From positions 2,304,001-2,368,000 of the forward strand of contig CAVVPN010000003.1 of assembly GCA_963750165.1 (NCBI GenBank): a DNA stretch of 64,000 nucleotides, in the 5' to 3' direction. Origin of the DNA: an uncultured Gemmataceae bacterium (GTDB lineage: Bacteria; Planctomycetota; Planctomycetia; Gemmatales; Gemmataceae). The position numbers were made by a program, and so were the translations under genes. Below are positions 44,673-55,009 of this stretch, piece by piece (positions within the stretch are counted from its first letter, which is position 1; each line of letters opens with the position of its first letter). The notes beneath the pieces are model-generated. The model worked only from the letters and a program-made list of their open reading frames with translations, did no database searches and had not been told where the DNA came from.

Positions 44673-46169
44673 ATGACCAGAACCGCCATCGCCCTGCTGG
44701 GGTTGTTATTCCTGACGGCGCCGGCCGCCGCTCAGGGGCAGGGCAAACCGCTCGTCGATCTCTGGGACGCCGCCTATCTGCAGGGCGGCCGGGCCGGCTA
44801 CGTCCACACCACCGTCCACGTAATCGACCGCAACGGCCAGAAACACCGCCTCACCACCATCGACCTGCACCTGAAGGTGAAGCGCTTCAACGACGTGATC
44901 GCTCTGCACATGACCACCGCCACCGAGGAGACCGCTGCCGGCAAGGTGGTCGCAACCGTCCTGCGGCAGGAGACCGGCAAGAACCAGCACCGGACCATCA
45001 CCGGCGTCGTCAACGGCAAACAGCTGCGGCTGACGGAGAACGGGACGAAGGCGCTGCAGCCGGCGCCGTGGGACGACCGCGTGGTTGGGCAATACCGGCA
45101 GCAGCAGTTGTTCAGGGACTACAAGGTGCAGCCCGGCGACCGCTTCAGTTACTACAGTTTCGAGCCGACCATCAACCTCGTCGTCAACACGCACGTGGCC
45201 GTCAAGGATTACGAACTGGTGGCACTGCCGGGGAGCAAAACGAAAAAGCGACTCTTGCGAGCGGAGGTAAAACCGGACAAGATCGATAACTTCCAGTTGC
45301 CGACGGTGACCTACTGGCTGGGCGCCGACTGGCAGGTGGTGCGTTCGCAGGTGGAGATCCCCGGGCTGGGCCAGATGACGCTGTATCGCACGACGCGCGC
45401 GGACGCCACGGCGTCGGGTCAGGTCGCGGCGCTGACCGACGTGGGCCTCAGCCAGATGATTAAACTGAGCCGGCGCATCCCGCAGCCGCTCGACACCACG
45501 AAGGCGGTGTACCGCATCACCTTCAAGAACGAGGACGACCCGGCGACGGCGCTGGCCCAGGACGGCCGGCAGAAGGTGGTCAAGCAACAGGGCAGCGCCA
45601 TTGAGGTGGTGGTGCAGGCGACGCACGGGCCGAAACCGGGACTGCCGGCGGCGAAGGTGGCGGACGAGTTTCTGCAGAGTTCCTACTTTATCACCTGCAA
45701 CGACGCGAAGGTGAAGGAGCACGCCCGCAAGGCGGTCGGCCTGGAAACGGACCCGTGGAAGAAGGCGCTGCGGATCGAGCGCTGGGTGCACCAGAACATG
45801 ACGAGCGCCAACGATGAGGCGCTGGCGCCGGCGGATCGCGTGGCACGCACTTTGCAAGGAGATTGCACCGAGTACGCGATGTTGACGGCGGCGATGTGCC
45901 GGGCGGCAGGCATTCCCGCGAAGACCGCCATCGGGTTGATCTACGCCGATACGAAGACCGGGCCGGTACTGGCCTTTCACATGTGGACGGAGGTGTGGGT
46001 GCGCAATCAATGGCTGCCGATCGATGGCACCCTGGGCCGCGGCTACGTCGGGGCGACGCACCTGAAGGTGTCGGACCATAGCTGGCACGACACGCAGTCG
46101 CAGACACCGCTGCTGCCGTTGCTGCGGGTGCTGGGCAAGATGTCGGTCGAGGTGGTGGCGGCGCAGTGA
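44673..46169 (+). CDS. secreted transglutaminase-like domain protein
   Basis: signal peptide; GDCTEYAMLTAAMCRAAGIPAK, FHMWTEVW, WLPIDGTLG (Cys-His-Asp triad). Confidence 0.9.
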   Translation: MTRTAIALLGLLFLTAPAAAQGQGKPLVDLWDAAYLQGGRAGYVHTTVHVIDRNGQKHRLTTIDLHLKVKRFNDVIALHMTTATEETAAGKVVATVLRQETGKNQHRTITGVVNGKQLRLTENGTKALQPAPWDDRVVGQYRQQQLFRDYKVQPGDRFSYYSFEPTINLVVNTHVAVKDYELVALPGSKTKKRLLRAEVKPDKIDNFQLPTVTYWLGADWQVVRSQVEIPGLGQMTLYRTTRADATASGQVAALTDVGLSQMIKLSRRIPQPLDTTKAVYRITFKNEDDPATALAQDGRQKVVKQQGSAIEVVVQATHGPKPGLPAAKVADEFLQSSYFITCNDAKVKEHARKAVGLETDPWKKALRIERWVHQNMTSANDEALAPADRVARTLQGDCTEYAMLTAAMCRAAGIPAKTAIGLIYADTKTGPVLAFHMWTEVWVRNQWLPIDGTLGRGYVGATHLKVSDHSWHDTQSQTPLLPLLRVLGKMSVEVVAAQ

Positions 46170-46178
46170 ACTGAATTC

Positions 46179-46230
46179 GTCCGAGCCCGAGCGCCAGCGC
46201 GGGAGCCCGCGCTGGCGCTCGGGCTCGGAC
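46179..46230. repeat. GC-rich hairpin/REP downstream of the transglutaminase gene
   Basis: gtccgagcccgagcgccagcgcggg a g cccgcgctggcgctcgggctcggac perfect stem. Confidence 0.75.
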
Positions 46231-46613
46231 AAATATCCCGAACCTGAAAAATCCAAAAACCGTCCGATAGTAAGCGCGAGGCAAACCGTCTATAGTATAG
46301 TGGCCCCCGAACCGCAGCGGCCGGCGCAAGTCCAGACGGCGGCAAGCGTTCGTCCAGGGATGGCCGGGAAACGTCCGATGCGAGGCTGTCAGCATCCCCC
46401 TACCGCAGTGACCAAACGCCCCTGATGGGGCCTCTCGTGCGCGGCAACACCTCGCGGCAAAATGACGTGGAGCGAAAAAAACACTAGCGCAAGGGCCGCC
46501 ACCCATCAGGATAGAAGCAAACCCCGAACACCGGAACAGCGTTGGTCCGCCCAGGAAAACCGGGAAGAGAACGCCGGCCGTCGTGTGGGCAGACATCGCC
46601 ACGGGTCTGAGCC

Positions 46614-49600
46614 GTGGCTGAACGGAAGAGATTCTCGATGACTCAACAGGAACGGCACGCCTGCAAAAGCCTGTCCGCGACGGTCGCCGCCTCGGTCGCT
46701 GTCGCCACCCTGCCGCCGCGTGCCGCCGACCCGCCCGGCCGCGAAGCCACCTGGGAAGACGTGTACCGCAGCGCCTCGCCCAGCCAGCAACAGGAACTGC
46801 TGACGCTTGCGGGCGCCCAGGGCCTGCTCTACGCCCACCAGCTGCCCCCCGTCAATGGCGCCCGTCCCGCCGCCGACGAGTCCCGCACTCTCCGTCTGCT
46901 GTCCCAGGCCCTCGCCGGTCAGACCGAGGAGCTTGGGCCCGTCCACGTGGCCGCTGTTACCGTCGAGGACGATGCCCTCGACGAACCGCAGCGCGAGGCC
47001 GTCGCCCGCGCCCTGGCGACGCCGGATCTGTGCTTGATCCAGGGCCTGCCCGGCACCGGCAAGTCGCGCGTGGCCGCGGAAATCGTCACGCAGGCGGCCC
47101 GCCGTGGCGAGCGTGTGCTGCTGCTGGCCCCGGCGGCGCCGGCGCTGGACCGTGTGCTCGAACTGGTGCAGGGCCGCGATGTGCTGTGCCCGCTCCGCTG
47201 CCTGGGCCGCGACGAACGCCCTGAACACCTGAGCCCGGCCGCCCGCGCTGCCACCTTCGAGGAGCGCATGCGGACGCTGCGCGAGCACTCGCTGCGCAGC
47301 GCCGCCCAGGCCCGCCACGAGGCCGAGCAGCGCTGTCAGTGCTGCCGTCAGGAAGAACTGCTGTGGCCGCGCCTGCAGGCGCTGGCCGAGGAATGCGACG
47401 GACTGTGTCCCCAGGCGGCGGCGCTCGCGGAAGAGCGCGCCGGTGTCCCCGACGCGGTGCGCCGCCAGGCCGACGCTGACATTGTGGCCGATCAACCCGC
47501 GTTCAGGACCGCCCTGGACGAGGCCGCCCAGGCGCACCGCGAACAGCTGGGCCGGCTCGACGCAGCGCTGATCGACGCCGCCAAGAAGCACACGCAGAAG
47601 CGCCAGGAGCTGGACACGTTGACGGCCGAGCTGACAACGCTGCGGCCGCTGGCGGAGGCCAAGCAGCACGGCCACTGGTGGTCCGGGACGTGGTGGAAGG
47701 CGCGCTTCCAGGGTGATGTGGTCGGCCGGGTCGCGGAACTGGAGAAGCAGCAACAATCGCTCGACGCGGCGCTGGCCAAGCTGGATCAGGACAACCAGGC
47801 GCTGACACAGCAGCGGGTCGAGGCAAAGGAGCAGTACCAGAAGGTCCGCGCCGCCGGCATTGACGCCGAGATCGCGCGGCGGCAGGGCGATCTGGACCGG
47901 CAGCGCGAGCATCTCGACCGGCACCAGGCCCTGCTGCGACAGCACTGGCAAACAGTGACGGCCGGAGTGGACGCGGACCGGTTGCCGGCCGAGATGACCG
48001 TCGCGGCGGTGCAGGCCGCGCTGGCGCGCTGGCAGCAGCGCTTCCAGGACGACGAGGAAAATTGCCGCTTCGCCACGCAGTGGGCGGCCCAGCTGGCGGA
48101 GAGCCTGGAGAGCCTGGCGGCCCGGCTGCCGCGGCTCACCAACCTCGTGGCGGCCACCACGGCGGCGACCGCCGGCGACCTGCTCGGCGAGGCTGGCCCC
48201 TTCGACCTGCTTGTGCTGGAGGAAGCGGATCAGGTCACCGAGTCGGAATTGCTCAAGGCGGTCCGCCGTGCCCGCCGCTGGGTGCTGCTGGGCGAGCCTG
48301 GCCCGGTCGCGGTTGGCCGTGCGGCACCCGCCCTGGCCCGCGCCGCGCCGTTCCACCGGCTCTGGCAGCACCTGCACTGCAACCCGAGCCGGCTGCCCTA
48401 CACCTGGCAGCGCGAGCAGGGCGGTCTGTGCTGCCGGCTGCGGCCGATTACGAACGAGCAGCGGCAGTGGCTGGAACGCGAATCGCTGGCTGACTTCCCC
48501 GAAATCGAGCTGCGCATCCTGGCGGCGCCGCGGGTGCCGCCGGCGCTGGCCGAGGTGGTCTTCCCGCCGTCACTGTCAGTGGCCGAGGCCAAGGAGTTCA
48601 TCTACCGCGAACTGCAGGAGCTGGCCGTGCAGGCGCACGCCAGCAGCCTGGGCTGGCGCGAGTCGGCCGACTGCCTCACGGTCCACCTGAGCGACCATGT
48701 GACGCCGGCCGGTTCCGCGGTGACGCTCGACGAGGGCGTCCGTGAGCTGCTCGGGCCGGGCGACGACGCCACGCCGGTGTGGACCTGCTGCCTGGAGTTT
48801 GACCGCGCCGCCGGCTGGACGCGGCCGCGCGCCGAGGAGTGGCTGCTGACGCACCTGGGCGTGCGCGACCTGAACCGCACCGCCCTGCTGGAGACGCCGC
48901 GGCGCATGACGCCGGCCCTGGCGGCGCTGCTGTCCGACGGCCTGTTGGCGGCGCCGTACCGCCTTGCCGCCGGCGCGGCTCCGGGAGACGGCCCGGCACT
49001 GGAGTTCGTCGCGGTGCCGCCGCTGGGCCGTCGGCGCGAGCCCGCTGGCCGTGACAGCGACCGCCGCCGCAAGGACGGTCCACGCCCCGCCACCGCCGGC
49101 CCGGGACCGCTGCCGCGCCTGGGCGCCGGCCTGGAACTGGATCTGGCCGCGACGCGGCATGGCGGTGACCGACTGCCGGCGGACCTGCGCGCCGCCCTGC
49201 CGAACCGCGGGCTGGTCAACTTCTTTGAAGCGCAGGCGGTCGTTCGCAAGCTGGAAGAACTGTTCGCCGCCGCGGCGCCGCCGGCCAGTGTCGGCGTGCT
49301 GGCGCTGTACCCGGCCCAGGCGGAACTCATTCGGCAGCTGGTGCGGCGCAGTCCGAAACTGACGGCGGCCGCGGAGTCCATCGCCATCGATGTGCCGGCC
49401 GCGTTTCGGCAGCGCGAGTGTGACGTGGCGGTCGTCAGCCTGACACGCAGCCACGGCCACCGGGCGGTGCCCTTCGGCGACGGGCCGGCAGGGCTGCTGC
49501 TGGCGCTGTCGCGCGCCCGGCGGCGGCTGGTGCTGGTGGGTGACCCGGGCACGCTGGCACGGCGCGTGGAGTGGCGCGGCCCCCTCGACCACCTCGACGA

Positions 49601-49709
49601 AGCCGCCGCCGCCGCCGAGGTCCGCCTGCTCGGCCAGCTGTTGCGCTACCTGCAGGGCCAGGGCCGCCACGCCGACGCCTTCCAGCTGAGCGAAGGCGGG
49701 GGCGTATGA
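46614..49709 (+). CDS. Upf1/DNA2-like superfamily 1 helicase (AAA_11/AAA_12) with coiled-coil insertion, several motifs degenerate
   Basis: LDEPQREAV, IQGLPGTGKS, FDLLVLEEADQV, NFFEAQAV, VGVLALYPAQ, FRQRECDVAVVSLTRS, ALSRARRRLVLVGD. Confidence 0.8.
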   Translation: MAERKRFSMTQQERHACKSLSATVAASVAVATLPPRAADPPGREATWEDVYRSASPSQQQELLTLAGAQGLLYAHQLPPVNGARPAADESRTLRLLSQALAGQTEELGPVHVAAVTVEDDALDEPQREAVARALATPDLCLIQGLPGTGKSRVAAEIVTQAARRGERVLLLAPAAPALDRVLELVQGRDVLCPLRCLGRDERPEHLSPAARAATFEERMRTLREHSLRSAAQARHEAEQRCQCCRQEELLWPRLQALAEECDGLCPQAAALAEERAGVPDAVRRQADADIVADQPAFRTALDEAAQAHREQLGRLDAALIDAAKKHTQKRQELDTLTAELTTLRPLAEAKQHGHWWSGTWWKARFQGDVVGRVAELEKQQQSLDAALAKLDQDNQALTQQRVEAKEQYQKVRAAGIDAEIARRQGDLDRQREHLDRHQALLRQHWQTVTAGVDADRLPAEMTVAAVQAALARWQQRFQDDEENCRFATQWAAQLAESLESLAARLPRLTNLVAATTAATAGDLLGEAGPFDLLVLEEADQVTESELLKAVRRARRWVLLGEPGPVAVGRAAPALARAAPFHRLWQHLHCNPSRLPYTWQREQGGLCCRLRPITNEQRQWLERESLADFPEIELRILAAPRVPPALAEVVFPPSLSVAEAKEFIYRELQELAVQAHASSLGWRESADCLTVHLSDHVTPAGSAVTLDEGVRELLGPGDDATPVWTCCLEFDRAAGWTRPRAEEWLLTHLGVRDLNRTALLETPRRMTPALAALLSDGLLAAPYRLAAGAAPGDGPALEFVAVPPLGRRREPAGRDSDRRRKDGPRPATAGPGPLPRLGAGLELDLAATRHGGDRLPADLRAALPNRGLVNFFEAQAVVRKLEELFAAAAPPASVGVLALYPAQAELIRQLVRRSPKLTAAAESIAIDVPAAFRQRECDVAVVSLTRSHGHRAVPFGDGPAGLLLALSRARRRLVLVGDPGTLARRVEWRGPLDHLDEAAAAAEVRLLGQLLRYLQGQGRHADAFQLSEGGGV

Positions 49710-50755
49710 ACGCCACCGCGAGCCTGACCTTTCCGGGCAGCCGGGCCCTGGCGGCCTGGTGGCGGTTGTTCGCGGGCCTGCGGCCGCAGGCGTTCTGGGT
49801 CGCGCACCTGGCGCTGCACCGCGTTGAGGCCGCCGCTTTGCTCCACATCCCCGATCACGTCGAACCCCTGACCCGCACCCTGCTGAATGCCATCGCCCTG
49901 GAGAACGGCAGCGCCCAACCGCTGCTGCCGCGGTTGCACGGCCGGCTGCACCTGGAGCCGGCGCTGTTGCGGCGCGTGCTGGCCGGGCTGGTCGCCGACG
50001 GGCTGCTGGCGCAGCCGGCCGAGAACGATTGGCGCCTGACACCGGCTGGCCGGCAGGCACTGCAACAGGGTCAGTTCCCGCGGTCGCGGCGCGAGCGGGG
50101 AGCGTTCTACTTTGCCGAGCCGCTGACGCCAGGGACGGGCCGGCCGCCACACTTCCTGGCGCTGGCCCCGGGGTCGGCGCAGCCGTGGGCGCCCGAAGGC
50201 GACTGGGCGTTCGACGTGGCGCTGCTGGCCGGGTGCGTCCACCAGTCGGCGGAGTGGAAGGAGCGCTACGGCTTCCCGACCGAGGTGGCGGCGGTGGCCG
50301 GCGGCGCGACGCCGGCCTCGTGGCTGGATGTGGTGGTGGACCGGCCCGAGCGGCTGCTGGCGGCGCTGCTGCGCGTGGCGACGCCCACAGGGCCGCAGTT
50401 GCAGGCGTTCGCGGCGCGGCCGGAGGGCTGGGCGCTGCAATCGGCGCCGGCGTTCGTCATCAAGGCCGACTGGCACGAGGCGTTTCCCGAACTGACGGGC
50501 GAGCCAACGGAAGGGCAGTGGCGGCAGGCGTGGGCGGAGTGGTGCGAGCCGCGCGACATCACGGCGGCGGAGGCGGAGGCGTGTGTGCTGGAGGCCGCCG
50601 AGGAGCAGTTGCGCGTGGCGGCGCCGGCGGAGGTGATCGACCGCCTGCGGGCCGCCCGCAGCGATGCGCTCAAGGGCGAGGCGTGGCTGCTGGCCGGCGA
50701 CGGGCTGGTGCGGCGGGCGGCGGTAGTGGAGTTGCGGCCGCGGGCGGGCGGCTGA
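49706..50755 (+). CDS. hypothetical protein with N-terminal winged-helix-like region, translationally coupled to the helicase
   Basis: ATGA overlap; LHLEPALLRRVLAGLVADGLL...WRLTPAGRQALQQG pattern. Confidence 0.7.
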   Translation: MNATASLTFPGSRALAAWWRLFAGLRPQAFWVAHLALHRVEAAALLHIPDHVEPLTRTLLNAIALENGSAQPLLPRLHGRLHLEPALLRRVLAGLVADGLLAQPAENDWRLTPAGRQALQQGQFPRSRRERGAFYFAEPLTPGTGRPPHFLALAPGSAQPWAPEGDWAFDVALLAGCVHQSAEWKERYGFPTEVAAVAGGATPASWLDVVVDRPERLLAALLRVATPTGPQLQAFAARPEGWALQSAPAFVIKADWHEAFPELTGEPTEGQWRQAWAEWCEPRDITAAEAEACVLEAAEEQLRVAAPAEVIDRLRAARSDALKGEAWLLAGDGLVRRAAVVELRPRAGG

Positions 50756-50845
50756 GTCCATCCCGACGCCGGAACCCATCACGGCGCGCCTCCCATCGGC
50801 CCAAAGGTGACAACCAACGGCACCGCCTTTTCCTCTTCTGCCGTC

Positions 50846-51793
50846 TCAACCTCCCTTTCCTCTCGGAATGAACCCGGGAACACCGGTCTCCACCACGCGA
50901 TTAAACCGGACCTGCAACTTGATTCCTTCGCTGATCTCCCGCACGGCCTCTTCAGGAAGGGTGGAGACTTCAAAGTTCTCCTTGATCCGGCTGGGGGTCT
51001 TCGAGGTGGTCAGGAGGGCCGTCCCGCGCTGGATGGCCCAGGCGAGCAAGACCTGCGCCGGGGTCTTGTTGACGCGCCTGGCGATCGCGGTAATGACAGG
51101 ATCGAGCAGCAAGTTGGGCTCGCTACTATGCCCCAGCGCTGCGAACGCTTGCAACACGATGCCATGCTTGCTGCAATAGTCCAACAGGTCCCATTGCGGG
51201 AGATACGGATGGGACTCGACGTGAACCACTGCGGGCTTGATCCGGGCCGCCTCAAAGATTTCTTTCGTCTGGTCCAGGCTGATGTCGGACAATCCGATGG
51301 CCTTGCACTTGCCCTCGTCCACCAGGCCCTCCAACGCCCTCCACGTATCCAGCAATGTCACCCCCTTGTCATAAATCACATTGCCGTTCGCATCCCTCGG
51401 GTCCTGCTCGTCTCCAGGTTGGAAGGCAAAGGGAGTGTGGATGAGATAAAGATCGACGTGGTCGAGCTGGAGTTTCTTGAGACTGGCCTCGAAGGCGGGT
51501 TTGACGCGCTCAGGACGATGATTGTTATTCCAGAGCTTCGTGGCGACAAACACTTCCTCCCGCTTGATCGTCCCCGCCTTGAACACCTCCTGCAGCGCTG
51601 CGCCGACCTCCGTTTCATTTCGGTAGCGTTCCGCAGCGTCGAGCAGGCGAAATCCTGCCTCCAGCGCCGCCCTGGTCGCGGTTCTGGTTGCCACGGGGTC
51701 GGGAATCAGTGTGCCAAAGCCGAGGGCGGGGATGGCACCGGCTCCATTGTTGAGGGCCATCTTCGTATGGCGAAGGTTGTCGCTGTCTACCAT
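50846..51793 (-). CDS. aldo/keto reductase (AKR1/5-like)
   Basis: IPALGFGT, LDAAERYRNE, FVATKLWN, DLYLIHTP, AIGLSD, LLAWAIQRG. Confidence 0.92.
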   Translation of the reverse strand: MVDSDNLRHTKMALNNGAGAIPALGFGTLIPDPVATRTATRAALEAGFRLLDAAERYRNETEVGAALQEVFKAGTIKREEVFVATKLWNNNHRPERVKPAFEASLKKLQLDHVDLYLIHTPFAFQPGDEQDPRDANGNVIYDKGVTLLDTWRALEGLVDEGKCKAIGLSDISLDQTKEIFEAARIKPAVVHVESHPYLPQWDLLDYCSKHGIVLQAFAALGHSSEPNLLLDPVITAIARRVNKTPAQVLLAWAIQRGTALLTTSKTPSRIKENFEVSTLPEEAVREISEGIKLQVRFNRVVETGVPGFIPRGKGG

Positions 51794-51836
51794 TGTTTCA
51801 CCCCTCCAATATGAACCAGGTTTCCTGCGTCTTCGA

Positions 51837-53372
51837 TCAAACCCATCCATCCTTCGGCCCCTCGGCACCGAACCAGCGCTCCGTGATCACTTTCTTTCGC
51901 GTGTAAAAAGCAACGGCGTCGGCACCCTGCGCAAAGAGATCACCGTAAAGCGAACTCTTCCAGCCGCCGAACGGAAAGAACGCCATCGGCGCCGGCACGC
52001 CGAGATTGATGCCGAGCATCCCGGCCTGGATGCGTTCGCGGAAAATGCGGGCCGCGGCACCGGATTGCGTGAAGAGAGAGACCGTGTTGCCGTAGCGGCT
52101 ACGGTTTGTCAACGTGATCGCCGCGTCCAGGTCTGGGGCGCGCATCACGCTTACCACCGGGCCAAAAATCTCCTCCCGGCCGACGAACATCTCCGGTGTT
52201 ACCTCGTCAAAGACCGTCGGCCCGAGGAAGCAACCGCGCGGCCTGTGGGGGACGGTCTGGGAACGGCCGTCGAGGCGAAGCCGGGCTCCTTCCGTCACTC
52301 CGCGCTCGATCGCAGCCCGGATCCGCTTTTCCTCACGTGGGTTCACCACGGGACCGAGCGTCGTGGTGTCGTCCAGGCCGTCTCCCAGTTTGAGTTCACC
52401 CGCCGAGCAGATGAAGGCATCGACGACGGCGTCCTGTCGCACTCGATCGCCGACCGCCACCAGCACGCTCCCGGCCAGACAGCGCTGGCCCGCAGAGCCG
52501 AAGCACGATCCAATCAGGTCGGGCAAGCTGCGCTCCAGGTCGGCATCGGGCAAGACGATCAGATGGTTCTTCGCTCCGCCGTGTGCCTGAACCCGCTTGC
52601 CGTGAGCCGCTGCGGTGCGGTACACCGACTCCGCCACTGCCGACGAGCCGACGAAGGAAACTGCCTGGACATGCGGGTTGGTGATGAGCCGTTCGCTTAC
52701 TTCCTTGCTGCCCTGCACCACGCCGACGACACCCGGCGACAAGCCGGCCTCCGCGAACAGTTCGATGAGTCGGGTGCCGGTGAGCGGTGCCTTCTCGGCA
52801 GGTTTGAGGAGGAACGTGTTCCCGCAGGCGACGGCGAGCGACATCATCCACAGCGGAATCAAGGCCGGGAAATTGAACGGCGGAATGCCGACCACCACAC
52901 CCATCGGTTCGCGGATGGCATGGCAGTCGGCATCCCGCGAAATGTCGGTCAGCGTCTGTCCCATCAGCTGAGAGGGAATGCCGCAGGCAAATTCGACGAC
53001 GTCCATCCCGCGCCGCAGCGCGCCGCGCGCCTCGCTCAACAGCTTGCCGTTTTCGCGAACGATGCTGTGTGCCACGTCCGAGGATTTCTTTTCCAGCAAC
53101 TCGCGGAACTTGAACAGGACGTGAGCCCGCTCCGGCGCCGGCGTGGCGCGCCAGCCAGGGAAGGCACGGGCGGCGGCAGCGCAGGCCTCGTCCACCTGCT
53201 CCGGCGCGGCCTCGCGCACCGGCGCCAGCACCTCGGCCGTGTCCGCCGGATTGCAGATGTCGCGGCTCGTGTTCCCACGGCCCTCGACCCAGGTTCCGCC
53301 GATCAGGTTCAGCGCGGCAGCCGAACGCGAGGATGTGGCAGGCGACCGATCAGGGGCAGCAATGGTGCTCAT
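51837..53372 (-). CDS. mmsA: CoA-acylating methylmalonate-semialdehyde dehydrogenase
   Basis: PPFNFPALIPLW, SFVGSS, KRVQAHGGAKNH, FGSAGQRCLA, EEIFGPV, GVPAPMAFFPFGGWKSSLYGD. Confidence 0.88.
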   Translation of the reverse strand: MSTIAAPDRSPATSSRSAAALNLIGGTWVEGRGNTSRDICNPADTAEVLAPVREAAPEQVDEACAAAARAFPGWRATPAPERAHVLFKFRELLEKKSSDVAHSIVRENGKLLSEARGALRRGMDVVEFACGIPSQLMGQTLTDISRDADCHAIREPMGVVVGIPPFNFPALIPLWMMSLAVACGNTFLLKPAEKAPLTGTRLIELFAEAGLSPGVVGVVQGSKEVSERLITNPHVQAVSFVGSSAVAESVYRTAAAHGKRVQAHGGAKNHLIVLPDADLERSLPDLIGSCFGSAGQRCLAGSVLVAVGDRVRQDAVVDAFICSAGELKLGDGLDDTTTLGPVVNPREEKRIRAAIERGVTEGARLRLDGRSQTVPHRPRGCFLGPTVFDEVTPEMFVGREEIFGPVVSVMRAPDLDAAITLTNRSRYGNTVSLFTQSGAAARIFRERIQAGMLGINLGVPAPMAFFPFGGWKSSLYGDLFAQGADAVAFYTRKKVITERWFGAEGPKDGWV

Positions 53373-53465
53373 GAACTCCTCCGGAAGCTGGAGAGTCTGT
53401 TCACGGACAAATGCCCGTCGAATGAATCAGCACATTCACGGACGTGGAGACAGGGAGCGGCCGGT

Positions 53466-54448
<983 letters not shown>

Positions 54449-54651
54449 TGTGCTTCCTCCTCGTGAAGTTATCCGGGGCCTCGCACGGCTTTCCTGAACA
54501 CGAATTCTGCAGACCCGCTGCTCGGATGCGGCAGATCATCGCCGACCGGACCTGGTTCGGGCTTGAAACCTAACCCTGACTCCCTTTCTCTTTTCTTTTT
54601 ATAGAAATTTCCTTCCCTCAAGAGCAGTTCCCAGTCGCGTGGACCACAAAC

Positions 54652-54711
54652 CGTGGCATGGCTCTCCAGAGCCGTGGTGGAAACCGCACGGCTCTGGAGA
54701 GCCGTGCCACG
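54652..54711. repeat. REP-like doublet (GTGG-type)
   Basis: cgtggcatggctctccagagccgtg...cacggctctggagagccgtgccacg. Confidence 0.75.
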
Positions 54712-55009
54712 TCGTGTGCGCCTGCCCTGCGTGAACCGCTCTAACCTGATCGACAGTACACTTTCAAGGAAAAGCGCCGAAGGAAAAACGGGGCCGGAAT
54801 GCTCCACAGAAGATTTGCGGTTCGGGCCGTGATGCCGGCGTCCCACCGGCACCACAGCCCAACCATTACCCGATAACGGGGAGGCGATTTTGAAGGGTTG
54901 TTGAAAAAGCGGCAGGGGTATCTGTGCGCCATGACGTGCTGGCAGTAAGGTGTTCACCAGCCCCAAGCGTCAGCGCGGGGAAACGCCGCCTACCATCAGG
55001 GAGGTCCTC

